Shown here in pieces: positions 29,445 through 44,424 of a DNA stretch of 64,000 nucleotides (the stretch's first letter is position 1; every line of letters starts with the position of its first letter). The DNA lies in assembly GCA_951406725.2 (NCBI GenBank), contig OX597822.1, positions 38,006,001 through 38,070,000 on the forward strand, given 5' to 3'. Position numbers and translations under genes: made by a program. Under the pieces are notes generated by a model that made no database searches, had not been told where the DNA came from, and saw only the letters and a program-made list of their open reading frames with translations. The stretch is from Octopus vulgaris (Eukaryota).

Positions 29445-30539
29445 CTGCTTCTTCATCTCTGGCCACTTCAGATTTATCGATAATTAATTTATTGTTTTCT
29501 GAAATTAAAAAGTTTCAGAAATGCTACGGCCAAAGAAAATAGCTCCAATGACCTTTCCTGCATATACCATATATGTTAGTTCCACTTTACTTTTCTTTCT
29601 TTAAGGGTCTATGAAAAATGTAGCAGCCCATGCTGGGTGTTTCATTGGGGCAAAAGTAAGTGGGTTGAAAGGGTATCTGTGTGTTCAAGCGACTACAAAG
29701 ACACCTAAAACAATTAATGAAGGTTTGGTATAACTTTTACATGCTTACGCGTGACGGCTGTGATCTTTCTACAAACGCAAGCACGCATAAATATACATGC
29801 ATAAATATACATGCATATGTATGTATTGTGAAGATGCTTGGCTCGGTGGGTAGTATGCTAGTTCAGGACGATGCACTGGACCAAGCAGTATGCTTTGTCC
29901 TTAAGCAAAGTGTGTCATTTCTTTTTATTCCAGGTTATTCAACTGAAAATGCTCTCCCTCCAGCTCTCAGATCTTTGATGTTCCCTGGAGTGGGGCTGGG
30001 ATCCGAAAAAATTATGTTTGCTCGCGACTAAATCAAGTTGCGAAAACATAATACATGCTAAAGTCACACTTGTTCGCGGGTGACGGCTGTTTAATATAAA
30101 CATAGATACATGATACCTACATACAATATAATACATACATACATACATACATACATACATACATACATACATACATACATACATAGAAACAAATATGAAA
30201 TGTAAGATCTCCTCTACCCTGATGACGGAGATTCATCTCATCTTATGTTAAATGCATCCATACGGCCGCATTTTGTGATGAACTAAATCTACCAACATTA
30301 TTATGGATCGCCGAGACCCCAGAAACAGCTGTTGGACTTATAATATCTTTCTGTCACTCCTTTAATTTTCTCTGTCGTTTGTACTCTGGGTACGCTGGAC
30401 CTATTAATATAAACGACTTATTTGGGTGTTCATTTCTGGAAATCATGGACTTACCTCTTTTCTTTCTTTTTTTTTTTTTTTTTTTGTTTATGGTTTTGTA
30501 CCAAATAAGGCTTGACACCACGGTAGCGTAAGGGACTAC

Positions 30540-31260
30540 AGGGAAAGACAAGAAAGGGCCTACAAACTTAAATGATGTCAATTGACTGAAAGCTTAAAGG
30601 ACTGACTGCCATAGAGAAGAGGAAAACAAGACGATGGTAGCATGTTCTAGAAAGCAACATCCCGAGGAAAAAGCTGAGAATAGAAATACACTTACAGAAA
30701 GTTAAATAGAGAGACTATGTACCCGGAAAGAGAAGCGGGTGACATATTTAAAGGCCTCGACAGAGGGTACTTGACCAGGGAAGGGAAGCGGGTGACATAG
30801 TTAAAAGCCTCGACAGAGGGTACTTGACCAGGGAAGAGAAGCGGGTGACATGCTTAAAGGCCTCGACAGAGGGTACTTGACCAGGGAAGAGAAGCGGGTG
30901 ACATAGTTAAAGGCCTCGACAGAGGGTACTTGACCAGGGAAGAGAAGCGGGTGACATAGTTAAAGGCCTCAACAGAGGGTACTTGACCAGGGAAGAGAAG
31001 CAGGTGACATAGTTAAAAGCCTCGACAGAGGGTACTTGACCAGGGAAGAGAAGCGGGTGATATGTTTAAATGCCTCGACAGAGGGTACTTGACCAGGGAA
31101 GAGAAGCGGGTGACATAGTTAAAGGCCTCGACAGAGGGTACTTGATCAGAAAGGTCATCAGAGCAATGACCATAGAAATTCTTATAGAAATAACACTGTG
31201 AAGATACATTCCAACGATGAGCCAAAGACACCAATCTAATAAAAAGAGGGAGACCCAAGA
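30540..31260 (-). pseudogene. CR1/Jockey-group LINE 3' end interrupted by a tandem expansion
   Basis: LAHRWNVSSQCYFYKNFYGHCSDDLSDQVP before the array and FFPRDVAF*NMLPSSCFP...QSFKLSVN after it, typical LINE ORF2 C-terminal motifs. Confidence 0.7.
30728..31146. repeat. 53-bp minisatellite, about 8 copies
   Basis: Unit aagagaagcgggtgacatagttaaaggcctcgacagagggtacttgaccaggg at 30728, 30781, 30834, 30887, 30940, 30993, 31046 and 31099. Confidence 0.95.
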
Positions 31261-32430
31261 AGATTCATTACTTTGTTCATTGCTATTTGTAGTCATTTTA
31301 TGTAGCTGCTTTAGTAAATCAGTTGATCTAGTTTGCTTGAATAATAGTTTGCTGGTCACAACTTTGCTTAATTTTTATCAATTCAAACAGTGTGTATGAA
31401 TGATTATAGATGTATAAAAATAAACAATTGAACTTGCTATATTTATCCAACCGACATTGTAGATTTTGACAAATTTAACTAAAGGCATTAAAAATGAATG
31501 TTAAAATAACATTAGATTTACCATGATACATATTTATTAAGTAGACATATATTTGTGTATGTGTGTGCGTGCACGTGCGCGTGTGTACGTTTATGTGTGC
31601 TGTGTGTTATCTCTGAGTTAAATACCAAGTTGGTGTCTAGCATTAGATAACTCACCTCATGGGAAGATACTTACTCTTTAGTTTTGCCTGACAAAGTAAG
31701 CAGGAGATAGAAAACTTTTATTCAAAATAATCAATACATATATGTGTATATACATTTTGACAGAACCATCAGTAAAACTCTCAACACTTTACGTTCATTA
31801 TTATCTCAAGGATCTTCCACTTGATGTCGAATGCAGTAATATGTTATATCAAATACTAGATGTAATTGGATAATTTTGCTGCTTTCATCTTTTCTATATT
31901 TCTGCAGGAGGAAATATGGTTGAAGTGTCGTTGTTTAAATTTACATTACACTATACTTACACAAAATTTACACGTGATTTTTGCGGGGTTTGCTTTGGTG
32001 AAAGTGACTTCTGTGTTGCAGATAATCGTTTCAGCTTGCTTGACTTATTAAGTATTAGTATTTCTGAATATACAGTTAGACTCAGTTAATAAACTTGGTT
32101 GGCTTGTTATAAAGTTATACTCTTTTTTATATTGTTGCTACAGCTATAACTCTGATTAAGGTTATTTTTTATTGAATAACTTTTTATTCCGAAGGTTGGT
32201 GGGGATTGGTGGGGATATCTTTACTTATTAAGGAAAGAAAGTATTTATTAATATTACACTAAACATTTAAGGGGATAGGACAAAACACAATATCAAAAAT
32301 TCGTTTATGTGGTTAGCATTCGCGCAACGAATTATGTTTTCACTATCTGGTGGTTGTCAAGTATTTCGGAGTACGAAACTTCAAGTCACAGTGTATTATC
32401 TGTAAAGGACAATGTGTGCGCGTGTATGTA

Positions 32431-33664
32431 CAGGGGTTGGAGAAAGTAATAGAAACACCGTAAAATTTCAAACAAATTTATTTTAATATGGGGTTAGGAC
32501 CACCTTTGGCAGTGATTAGGGCTTGAATTCTACGAGGTATGGACTCGTACAAAGTTTCAATTGTTTCCAAAGGAATTTTTGTCCATTCTTCAGCTAAAAG
32601 AGTCTCCAGTTCTTGTAGTGATGATGGTGGAGGATATCGACTCCTTACTTGTTTTCTTAAAATGTACCATAAATGTTCAATAATATTGAGATCTGGGGAC
32701 TATGGTGGCCAGATAAGATGTTGAACTCCACTAGAATGTTCCTCGTGCCATTCAGTAACAACTTTAGCGGTGTGAATTGGTGCATTATCATCCTGAAATA
32801 TTGTGTTTCCCTCCGGAAACAGTTCCGCAAACATAGCATGAATTTGATCAGATAAAATGCTTAGTCTTGACTATTGGGCCGGCAGATTTCCAAGATATAG
32901 CCCCCCTCCCTCGATCATCACAGACCCTCCTCCATGTTTAACAGTTGGAAGAAAGCAGTCTGGGTCAAATGCTTCTTTTGGCTGTCTCCACGCGTATACT
33001 AGGCCGGTGGTCGGAAATAAGGTAAAGGATGACTCGTCCGAGAAAATAACATTCTTTCACTGCTCTATGGACCAATTCTGTAGGTTTTTACTCCACTGAA
33101 AACACTTTGCAGCGTTTGTTTTTGAAAGTAGTGCTTTTTGATTGAAGCCCTCCTGTGAAATCCGGCTTTGTGCAGCTCCCGGTGAACAGTTTTTGTGGAA
33201 ACTAGGTTCCTGAGATGGTCATTAAGCTCTGCAGTAATTTTGGGAGCTGTACTTTTGTGATCTTTTCTAACAATTCGTGTAAGAGTCTGACGGTCTCTAT
33301 CTGAAAGTTTTGGTTTTCTTCCGGAGTTTTGTTTCAACGAGGAGGTTTTTTCCTTCTTTCTCAAAGGTTGTCATTACGTTCGAGACAGTACTTCTTGATA
33401 CACCAAACATTTCGGCTATTTTCGTTACGCTAGCGCCTGCCATCCGAACATCAACAATTTGACCTCTTTGGAAGTCCGATAGATCTGTCATTTTAATGAA
33501 TTTTAATTACCTATTTTTATGATATCTGAAAACAAACAGCAATTTTAGCAAAAATATCTTAAGCAACACTAATAATAAATGAAAAACATAAAAATAAACA
33601 AGCTTTTGACGATTTTATAGATATTTCAAAATTATGAAGCTATGATTATTTGGTCCAACCCCTG
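32431..33664 (-). mobile_element. Full-length decayed Tc1-family transposon (DD34E)
   Basis: TA|caggggttgga ... tccaacccctg|TA termini; frameshifted transposase from MTDLSDFQRGQIV (33491) through GRKPKLSDRD, IFSDESSF and QDDNAPIH to WPPQSPDLNIIEHLW. Confidence 0.92.
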
Positions 33665-33690
33665 TATATGTATATATATACACATACATA

Positions 33691-33758
<68 letters not shown>

Positions 33759-33922
33759 CATATATATATATACATGCATGTATGAATGTATGTATGCATG
33801 TATCTACCTATTTACATGTGTGTGTGTATTCAAATGTGTGTGTATATCCTGATATACACACACAAATGTATATATATATATATACATATATGTGTATATA
33901 TACACGCATATATAGGTATATG

Positions 33923-34019
<97 letters not shown>

Positions 34020-34284
34020 ATATGTGTGTATATATACATATATGTGGCGATGCTCGGTCCAGTCTCCTGTTACCAATTGCTGTCCGATGAGATCTTACAA
34101 ACAAATGTTAGATATCACAATTCCTCTGCATCTCCTATTAATAAATTATATCGACTTTAGATCAAGTTGATTTTCAGAAAATGATACTTGTTCCTCTTAT
34201 TAATTTTATTGAAAATAACAGCTTCAAATACATAAATATAAATATACATACATGTGTGTGTATGTGTGTGAATGTGTATGTCTG

Positions 34285-34332
<48 letters not shown>

Positions 34333-34376
34333 CACACACACGTATATAAAAGTAGGTATTGTTGCGCCTAAATAGG

Positions 34377-34437
<61 letters not shown>

Positions 34438-34519
34438 CGTATGTGTGTGTATGCGTATCTATATATGCATGTATATATATTTATATATGTGAGTGGGTGA
34501 GGTCTATTTGAATGTATCG

Positions 34520-35450
34520 TTTATCTTTTTCTTGTTTCAGTCATTGGACAGCAGCCATGCTAGGGCACCGCCTTAAAAGGTATAGTGCAAGGGTGGGAAA
34601 CTTTTTAGTACGGCGGGCAAAAATTTCCAAAGAAAGAGGTCCGCGAGAGGATCACAAGTTCTAACTCTTATATCTGTGTAAATCTTGTATAGATCTATGT
34701 ATAATTCGATATATATTAATAAAAATAAGTTTAACACGTTAAATTAACGCGTAGCATTTTCATTAACGCCGCCACTTAATCTTGACGCTTATATTGCTTA
34801 TGAGGTATTCTATATTTTTCAACTAGTGTGTAGTTAGGTCTCAAGGGTGTGATACAAACCTAGTAATATGGGTTTTATAGTAAAATCAAAATTTCCATTG
34901 AAATGGCCCTTTAATGGACGGACGATTTTCTGTTCGAGTCTAACCATTTTAAGTTGTAGTGGAAACACGAATATTGTGTAAATTTTATAATTGAAACATT
35001 TACTATGTTTTGTACATACAAGTATACCTGCGGGTGCAATAAAATGGGCTCGCGGACGCAATTGCGCCCACGGGCGGGGATTTCCCCACCCCTGTTTAGT
35101 CGAACAAATCGATCCTAGTAATTATTTCTTCTTAAGCTATCCTATAAATTTCTTTTTTGCCGAACCGCTTGCCAAGCGGTAGTGGGTGGGTACGACAAAC
35201 GCCAACAGGAAACACACACCCATACAAAAATGCATATGTGTGTACGCATGTGCGTGTGAGTGTATGTGGGTTTGTGTGGGTGTGTTTGTATGTTTCCGTG
35301 TGTCCGTGCGTGTGTTTGGGTGTGTATAAGACGGGCTACTTTCACTTTCAGTTTCCCTCTACGAAATACACTCGCATGGTTTTGGTCGTCCCGAGGCTGT
35401 AGCAGAGTACCGGAAGCAAATTTCTTACCACACGGCCATGCCTGTGCTTA
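34520..35450 (-). mobile_element. SINE family A split by a hAT-like insertion
   Basis: SINE tail 34520-34587 resumes as tttagtcgaacaaatcga at 35095. Confidence 0.75.
34588..35094. mobile_element. hAT-like MITE
   Basis: Terminal inverted repeats caagggtggg.../...cccacccctg; flanks gtatagtg and tttagtcg resemble a degenerate 8-bp TSD. Confidence 0.65.
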
Positions 35451-35807
35451 GAGTTGATTTTTGTATCATATTACTTTATTCCAGAAAGAAACCCCTCATG
35501 ACCTAGCCTAAGTTTTGGCCTCTTGCTGAGAGTAAAGACGTCACCAAAGATCAAGTGACAGCTTACAATAGGGTCTTTCTGCTCGGGGACTATGGACAAC
35601 TTGTAGGAATCATTAGTATGGCACTGCTACTGAGCTGTTCAGAAAGGAAGAACATCGCCGGTTCCAGATGAACTCTACGAGCACAGAAATGTGCCACCAA
35701 CTGATCTTAATCAAAATGTACGCCGAGCAATATCCTCGTTCAATATCACATTGAGCAGGCCTTACGATCAAAGGCATTCCAATAGTGACCATCCTGCTTT
35801 CATTTCA

Positions 35808-35859
<52 letters not shown>

Positions 35860-36546
35860 CCACACACAATCACACATACACAATCTCCTCTCTATTTTTC
35901 TGTCCCTCTTCTCTCATTCTCTCTCTCTTTCTAGCTCTTTCTAGCTCTCTCTCTCTCTCTCTCTCGCTCTCTCTCTCTCTTCCCCCTCCCTCCCTCCCTC
36001 TCTCTCTCTCTCTCTCTCTCGCACGCTCGTTCACTCTGCATACTTTACCGGAAACTATATAATCCATCGTGCCTTTCGTTTTCAAGATAACAATGTGTTA
36101 TATGGGAGAGATTCGGCTGCTCTTTCTAACAGGCTTGAGGCTCCCTTACTTTATTACTATAACAAAATAACTGATCGTTTTCCTCTCTGCATTAATTGAT
36201 AAATTTGTCACAATAACCCCGGTAATATGTGTGACGCAGGTATACTAAAGATACACATCTATGCATCTGTATATATATTCATATTACACAGATATATGCC
36301 ACAGATATATATATCTTTATTATAAAATATAGGATTGCGGTTATCACATTCGGAGGACTTTGATATTAGATATTGCACATAATAGCTGTGACATAAATAG
36401 TTTATACAATATATCGTCATATGTACTACATATTATTTGTTGTGTACAATATGATGTCATAGGCAATAATCTGGTAATTTGTCGACGTAATATAAATATG
36501 TATATATATGAAGAAAATATATTCAATATCTGTTCACCACACCTAG

Positions 36547-36588
<42 letters not shown>

Positions 36589-36787
36589 TTCTATATCTAC
36601 ATATATATATATGTATATGCATGTATACATGTATGTATGTGTATACACATACATACACATACATACATAGATACATACATACATACATACACACACACAT
36701 ATATACATACATACACATACACACATACATACACACATACATACATACACACACACACATACATACATACATACATACATACATACA

Positions 36788-36818
<31 letters not shown>

Positions 36819-36834
36819 CTTATACCTTTTCGCC

Positions 36835-37013
36835 TTTTACTTGCTCCCGTCATTAGACAGCAGCCATGATCTGGAATCGCCTTGAAATAGTTTAGCTGAA
36901 CGACTCCACACCAGTACACTTCTTCTTTTTTTTGTCGTTGCCGAACAGGGGACGCAAACACACCAACAACGGTTATCAAGCGCGCTGATGAGGGACAAAC
37001 ACAGAACAGATAC

Positions 37014-37052
<39 letters not shown>

Positions 37053-37065
37053 TACATCCATATAT

Positions 37066-37129
<64 letters not shown>

Positions 37130-37493
37130 TACTTGTTTCAGTCATTTTACTGCGGCCATGCTGGAGGATTGTCAAACAATTCAACCTCAGGACTTTACTT
37201 TTAAGCCTAAAACTTATTCTGTCAGCCTCTTTGCCGAACTGCTAATTTACGGGGACGTAAACACACCAACGCCGGTTGTCGAGCGACATTGGGGGAACAA
37301 ACACAGACACAAAGACACAAAGACATATACGCACATACATACACACATATTTTTATCTATGCGACGGGTTTCTTTCAGTTTCCGTCGGCCAAATCCACTC
37401 ACAAGGCTTTGATCAGCCTGAGGCTATAGAAAAAGACACTTGCCCAAGGTGCCACACAGTGGGATGTGATTCAGGAAGTAAACTTTTTACCGC

Positions 37494-37495
<2 letters not shown>
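36835..37495 (-). mobile_element. Two adjacent SINE family A copies
   Basis: Tail motif at 36835 and again at 37128; ggggacg.aaacacaccaac twice; core tttcagtttccgtcggccaaatccactcacaaggc. Confidence 0.8.
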
Positions 37496-37535
<40 letters not shown>

Positions 37536-37726
37536 CGCGTGTGCGTGTCCGTGTGTGCGTATTCGCTATTTCGATAATGAAAATACAAAGTTCTCGCTAT
37601 TTCCTCTAATATTCTACATGCATACATACACACTACCTACATACATACATAATACATACATACATACATACATACATACATACATACACACACACATACA
37701 TACATACATACACACACATACATACA

Positions 37727-37758
<32 letters not shown>

Positions 37759-38124
37759 CACATACACATACATACATACATACATACACACATACATACA
37801 TACATACATACATACATACATACATACCTACCTACATACATACATACATACATACATACATACATACATACATACATACATACATACATACATACATACA
37901 TACATACAGATGATGGCGTGTTTACGTCCTCGAAATATAGCTGTTCGGCAAAAAAGACCGACAGAGTAAGTACCAGGCTTAAAGAAAAAAAAATGAATGG
38001 AGGCGAGTCTTTCGACAAAGAATTATTCCAGGACATACACCCACCATGGCCGCAGTCTGGTGACTAAAACAAATAAAACAACACACACTTATATATGTGT
38101 GTGTGTATGCATATATATGTGTGC

Positions 38125-38190
<66 letters not shown>

Positions 38191-38229
38191 GGATATATTT
38201 ATACATGTATGCATATATATATATATATA

Positions 38230-38272
<43 letters not shown>

Positions 38273-38380
38273 GCACATATATAGAGAGAGACATATGCAT
38301 GCATATATATATACATATATATATATATGTATGCATATATATACATACATATTTATAGATACGTATGCATATTTATATAC

Positions 38381-38431
<51 letters not shown>

Positions 38432-38915
38432 TATGTATGCAAGCTTATATATAGATGTGTGTGTCTGAGTGTATACGTATGTATGTATGTTTGTATGTAT
38501 GCATGTATGTATGTACGTATGTATGTATACACACGTAGACACGCGTACACTTCAATGCTGAGAATTCTGAAAATATTACCATTTAAAGAATCTCACACTT
38601 CATCCCCCACCCACAAAAAAACTAACATCATCATCATCAACAACAACAACAGAACAACAATATCACGACCATTATTTACCTATTTCTATTTTTTTATATA
38701 TAAATTCTTTTATTTTTTTTATCAATGTTTTTTCTCCATTTCACTATGCGTTTACGTGTGTCTATGTGTGTCTGTGTTTGCACGTGATACTATGTATTTA
38801 AACATCGTACGTGTATGCGTATACACACACACAGAGTGAAACATATGTACCAGTATAATGTTTATGAATATATATATATAAATATACACACATATGTATA
38901 AGTATATATGTCTGT

Positions 38916-39003
<88 letters not shown>

Positions 39004-39187
39004 GGGGGGTAGAGAGAGGGCTAGAGAGACAGTAAGTGAGAGAGGGACTGACAAACAGACAGACAGACAGAGAAGGAGAGAGTTATACAATACATGAACA
39101 AGATACTGAAAACAAAAGAAGCACACACACACACACACGCACACTATATATATATATATATATATATTCATATATGCAAATGTATAC

Positions 39188-39393
39188 ATGTATGTATGTA
39201 TATATATAAATGTGCGTGTGATTATAAACACGTATAACCATATATATATACACATACACACATACATTCATTCATACAAATTTGTGTTTATATATATGTT
39301 TGGGTGTGTTTGTACGTGTATTTATGTTATCTTATTTTATATATACACATATATATATAGATATACCCACATATATATATGTATATATATATT

Positions 39394-39433
<40 letters not shown>

Positions 39434-39673
39434 CATATATATATACATATATATTTATGTGTGCGTGTGAGTGCGTGTGTGTACGCATGTGTGTTTGTAT
39501 GTATGTGGGTATATCTATATATATATGTGTATATATAAAATAAGATAACATAAATACACGTACAAACACACCCAAACATATATATAAACACAAATTTGTA
39601 TGAATGAATGTATGTGTGTATGTGTATATATATATGGTTATACGTGTTTATAATCACACGCACATTTATATAT

Positions 39674-39687
<14 letters not shown>
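39188..39687. repeat. Near-perfect inverted duplication of low-complexity DNA (~185-bp arms)
   Basis: 39188-39372 is the reverse complement of 39503-39687; ORFs 39188+ and 39687- share ~61 identical N-terminal residues. Confidence 0.9.
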
Positions 39688-39757
<70 letters not shown>

Positions 39758-39941
39758 GTTTTTTAAGGTAAGGTTTCTAAGTCTCGGATTGAGAAACATC
39801 TTTTGTAAGGCCTCATTGTGGAGCTTTACATCTGCACTTGATTTCCAATCTGATAGATTTGCCTTTGACGCGAAACTAGGACATTTTTCCTTAATCACCG
39901 ATCTTGAATTATTGTGTAGAAGCTAAAACACATTTTTCACT

Positions 39942-41335
<1,394 letters not shown>

Positions 41336-42184
41336 TATTTTATCAACAATATTTTTTATAATGGTGTAGAACAGAAAAATAAACACTTTTTTTCCCGCTC
41401 TACCAGTCTTAGCCTTAATTGAAATTATTATTAGTGTTTAACACGGAATCAAGCCTCATTCAGCTAATTTATAAGCAAAGGTGTTCCAGCAATGACTATC
41501 CCGCCTTTTGCATACCAAGAATTAATATTGTCCAATGTATCCTTAAAAACAAAAACAGGTGTGGTGATAAGAGGATGATTTGGTCTTTATTTCTAGCAGG
41601 TCAAACGACCGTACAAAGCGTGAAGCCTCCTTCTTTGACTCGGCTCAAATGAAGTTTCAAAAGAAAAAGAAAATACGCGAAGATTTATGAGTAAAATGAG
41701 AAATGTGAATCCAAAGGCCACGTCTTCGATGAGACGATAGCCCTGACCAGTGCCGTCTAAAGGAAATTGCCTGGGGGCCTCACGAGTTCTACCGTCAATA
41801 CTTATCTATGTATGCCATAACTAAATACTTTAGGGCCCAATGCAGTGATTTGCCTGGGGGCCCTATAATGCTACTCAAGCACCCTTGGTCCTAATTAATT
41901 AGGGATGGTTGTAAAATGTAATAAAAATTATTTCTGACATTGTTAAAGAATGACAGATTTGTCGATGAGAAGATAATAATATGATTGTGTTTTGTTGCTC
42001 TGGGTCAGGATTGAACTCAAATCAAAATATTACTGGACGTAACCAAAAAATTCGTATCATGACTACGCTTCTTAAAACTCCATCAAGAAAGAGCAGGTAA
42101 TATACACTAACATACACACATACACATATATAATACATACAAAAAGTAAACGTGCGCGCGCGCACGCACACACACACACACATA

Positions 42185-42394
42185 CGAGGGAGTGCTAAAA
42201 AGTTCGTGGCTTTGAGTAAATAAAAATACCGGATAATCAGTTAATTATGATTTTATTCAACATATTCTCCTCTCAGATTCATACACATATTGCTACAGTC
42301 CTTCAGAAGCCCTTTAAAAGAACTCGAAAGGTTGAGCTTTCAACCAGGCCTTTCGCGATACCCTTAAAGCCAGGAACTTTTCAACGCCCCCTCG
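42185..42394. mobile_element. Mariner-type MITE
   Basis: TA|cgagggagtgctaaaaagttcgtggcttt ... aaagccaggaacttttcaacgccccctcg|TA. Confidence 0.85.
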
Positions 42395-42398
42395 TATA

Positions 42399-42436
<38 letters not shown>

Positions 42437-42929
42437 TACTCTGCCGTTCTCCTGATTCATTCTCGGGAAGATGCGTACCCTAGTGGTTATGATTTTGTTC
42501 AACCTATCAACGATCGCAAGATCGTGGTTTCGATATCTGGATTGGATGGTGTGTTGTGTTCTTGAGCAAGACACATCATTTCACGTTGCCCCAGTCTACA
42601 CAACTGCAAATGACTAACCCTGCAATTGACTGGGGAGAATGTTATGACCTCGGTCACTTAAACACTATGGAATCAAATTAACGGACCCTACAAGTTGGAG
42701 GACTCGAAACAGGAATGTCCAGTAGTTGATGAGGATATTAAATCCGTCCCCAATAACAACGCAACTAGTCACCGGTCATTGTGAACTAAGTCGGAAGTTT
42801 CGTTCCAATAGAAATCAGTGAACAAGGCATTTACTTATTTGTGCAGAAACTAGCCAGGCTTAAACTAAATAAATATACACATTTGAAACAACTAGCATTA
42901 AAATAAAATAATAGTGGGTATATCTAAGG

Positions 42930-43150
42930 TTGTGAGCTGGCAGAAGCATTAGCACGCCGGGCGAAAGGCGTAGCCGTATTTCGTCTGCCGTTATGTTCTG
43001 AGTTCTAATTCCGCCGAGGTCGACTTTGCTTTTCATTCTTTGGGGGTCGATAAACTAAATACCAGCTGCGTACTGGGGTCGATCTAATCGACTGGCCCCC
43101 CCCCCTCCCCCAAAATATCGGGCCTTGTTCCTAGAATAGAAAAGAATAGA
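42930..43150 (+). mobile_element. SINE family B (Meta-domain-like)
   Basis: gagctggcagaagcattagcacgccggg head, gagttctaattccgccgaggtcgactttgc...ggggtcgataaa core; further copies at 51750-51955 (+), 52190-52330 (-) and 59490-59706 (-). Confidence 0.85.
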
Positions 43151-44176
43151 ATATTTAGTCCCAGAGAAATTTCTCTTTGGAGACATCACACACCCATTTA
43201 TTCCTTTTAGCGTTCCCTCCTAAATTTTTGACGTATACAATATTTTAAAATAGAACGTTTACCCTTTTCGTCTGGAGACTAAAAAAGTAATTACTTCATA
43301 ATTTTTAAGTATATATATTTGTTTAATTTACTCTATATTGTCTTTCAAGCTTTTTGTCTTTCAAGCTATATTGTCTTTCAAGCTTCAATCGTCCCAGATG
43401 ACTACACAATATAAATTAAAGTAATTTATATCTTCTCTGATACATTCCCTTAGGTATTGTATTTTTTATCCAGTCTGATAAACTGGAGGTCGAAGGTTCA
43501 TACTCCCTGGACCAGGCTTTTGTGTTTGTTTGTTTTTTTTTCTTGCAAGAGGGAATTAGAAAAGGATGGGGGGAGAAAGAGTATGGAGTAGAGTTGCATA
43601 TATATATATATATATATATATTTTTCAAAAGTTTAACAAAAACACAACATACAGAAAATTTTGCGAAAAGATAACAAACACAAAATTCATAATTAATTCC
43701 TCGTCAGTCAACGTCCAAAAGATCCTCACAATTTCGTACCGATATATATGTTGCTTATCTTTTCATTTATCTTCTATGTGTTACCAATTTAGAATAGGGT
43801 CATAACTCACTTCCACTGATCCAAATCCATTTGTCATCTTCATGAATTGAATTAAAATACTGATCATCACAATACACTCTCTCCATCCCCTTCCCTGCCT
43901 TAAACCACCTTCTCTACACTTCCTGCTTTTTCTGCCTTTTCTCACTCACCTATCAAGCTTAATGAATTTATTTTTATTTTAGTTATTTTTCACTATGTTC
44001 CATTGAGCTTTACATTATTTCACTTCATTATATTTTAAATATTTTATAATTTATGTGAGTACGTATGAGTATATATATATATATATATATGTAGGTCCCG
44101 GGTTGAGTCGGGGTTAACCACAATAAATAAGGTATTCAATACATTGCAGAGTAAAGTAATTTATTTTATAGAAGGA

Positions 44177-44225
44177 GCTTCTACAGGACTAGAACTGTTT
44201 CATTCAGATGAAATCTTCAGGAAGC
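44177..44225 (-). ncRNA. Compact type I hammerhead ribozyme motif in a ~130-bp insert within (TA)n
   Basis: Minus strand gcttc-CTGAAGA-t-ttc-atct-gaa-t-GAAACAG-ttctagtc-CTGTA-gaagc: 5-bp stem I, short stem II, stem III ACAG/CTGT, GUA triplet; insert spans about 44091-44226. Confidence 0.75.
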
Positions 44226-44369
44226 ATATATATATATATATATAAAAGTACAAAGTGAGATGTTTTATTCTGTTAGATTTGGATGTTCCTATTTAATTAG
44301 TTAATAAATTATATGAATTGGTATTATCTGTAAGTTGATGATTGAAAGGAATCTATTCCTCCATTTTCT

Positions 44370-44421
<52 letters not shown>

Positions 44422-44424
<3 letters not shown>

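Noticed and set aside
30217-30335. CTGATGA...GAAAC-agct-GTT with palindromic ACAGCTGT
   Set aside because: Stem I is only about 2 bp and stem II closure is unclear; probably a decayed hammerhead, too weak to call
30728-31146. Regularly spaced repeats resembling a CRISPR array
   Set aside because: Units are contiguous with no unique spacers, derive from a LINE, and the context is eukaryotic with no cas genes
31890-32090. Polypyrimidine tract plus CAG acceptor followed by a short ATG ORF
   Set aside because: No recognisable protein similarity and no convincing donor; such acceptor-like sites are common in this composition
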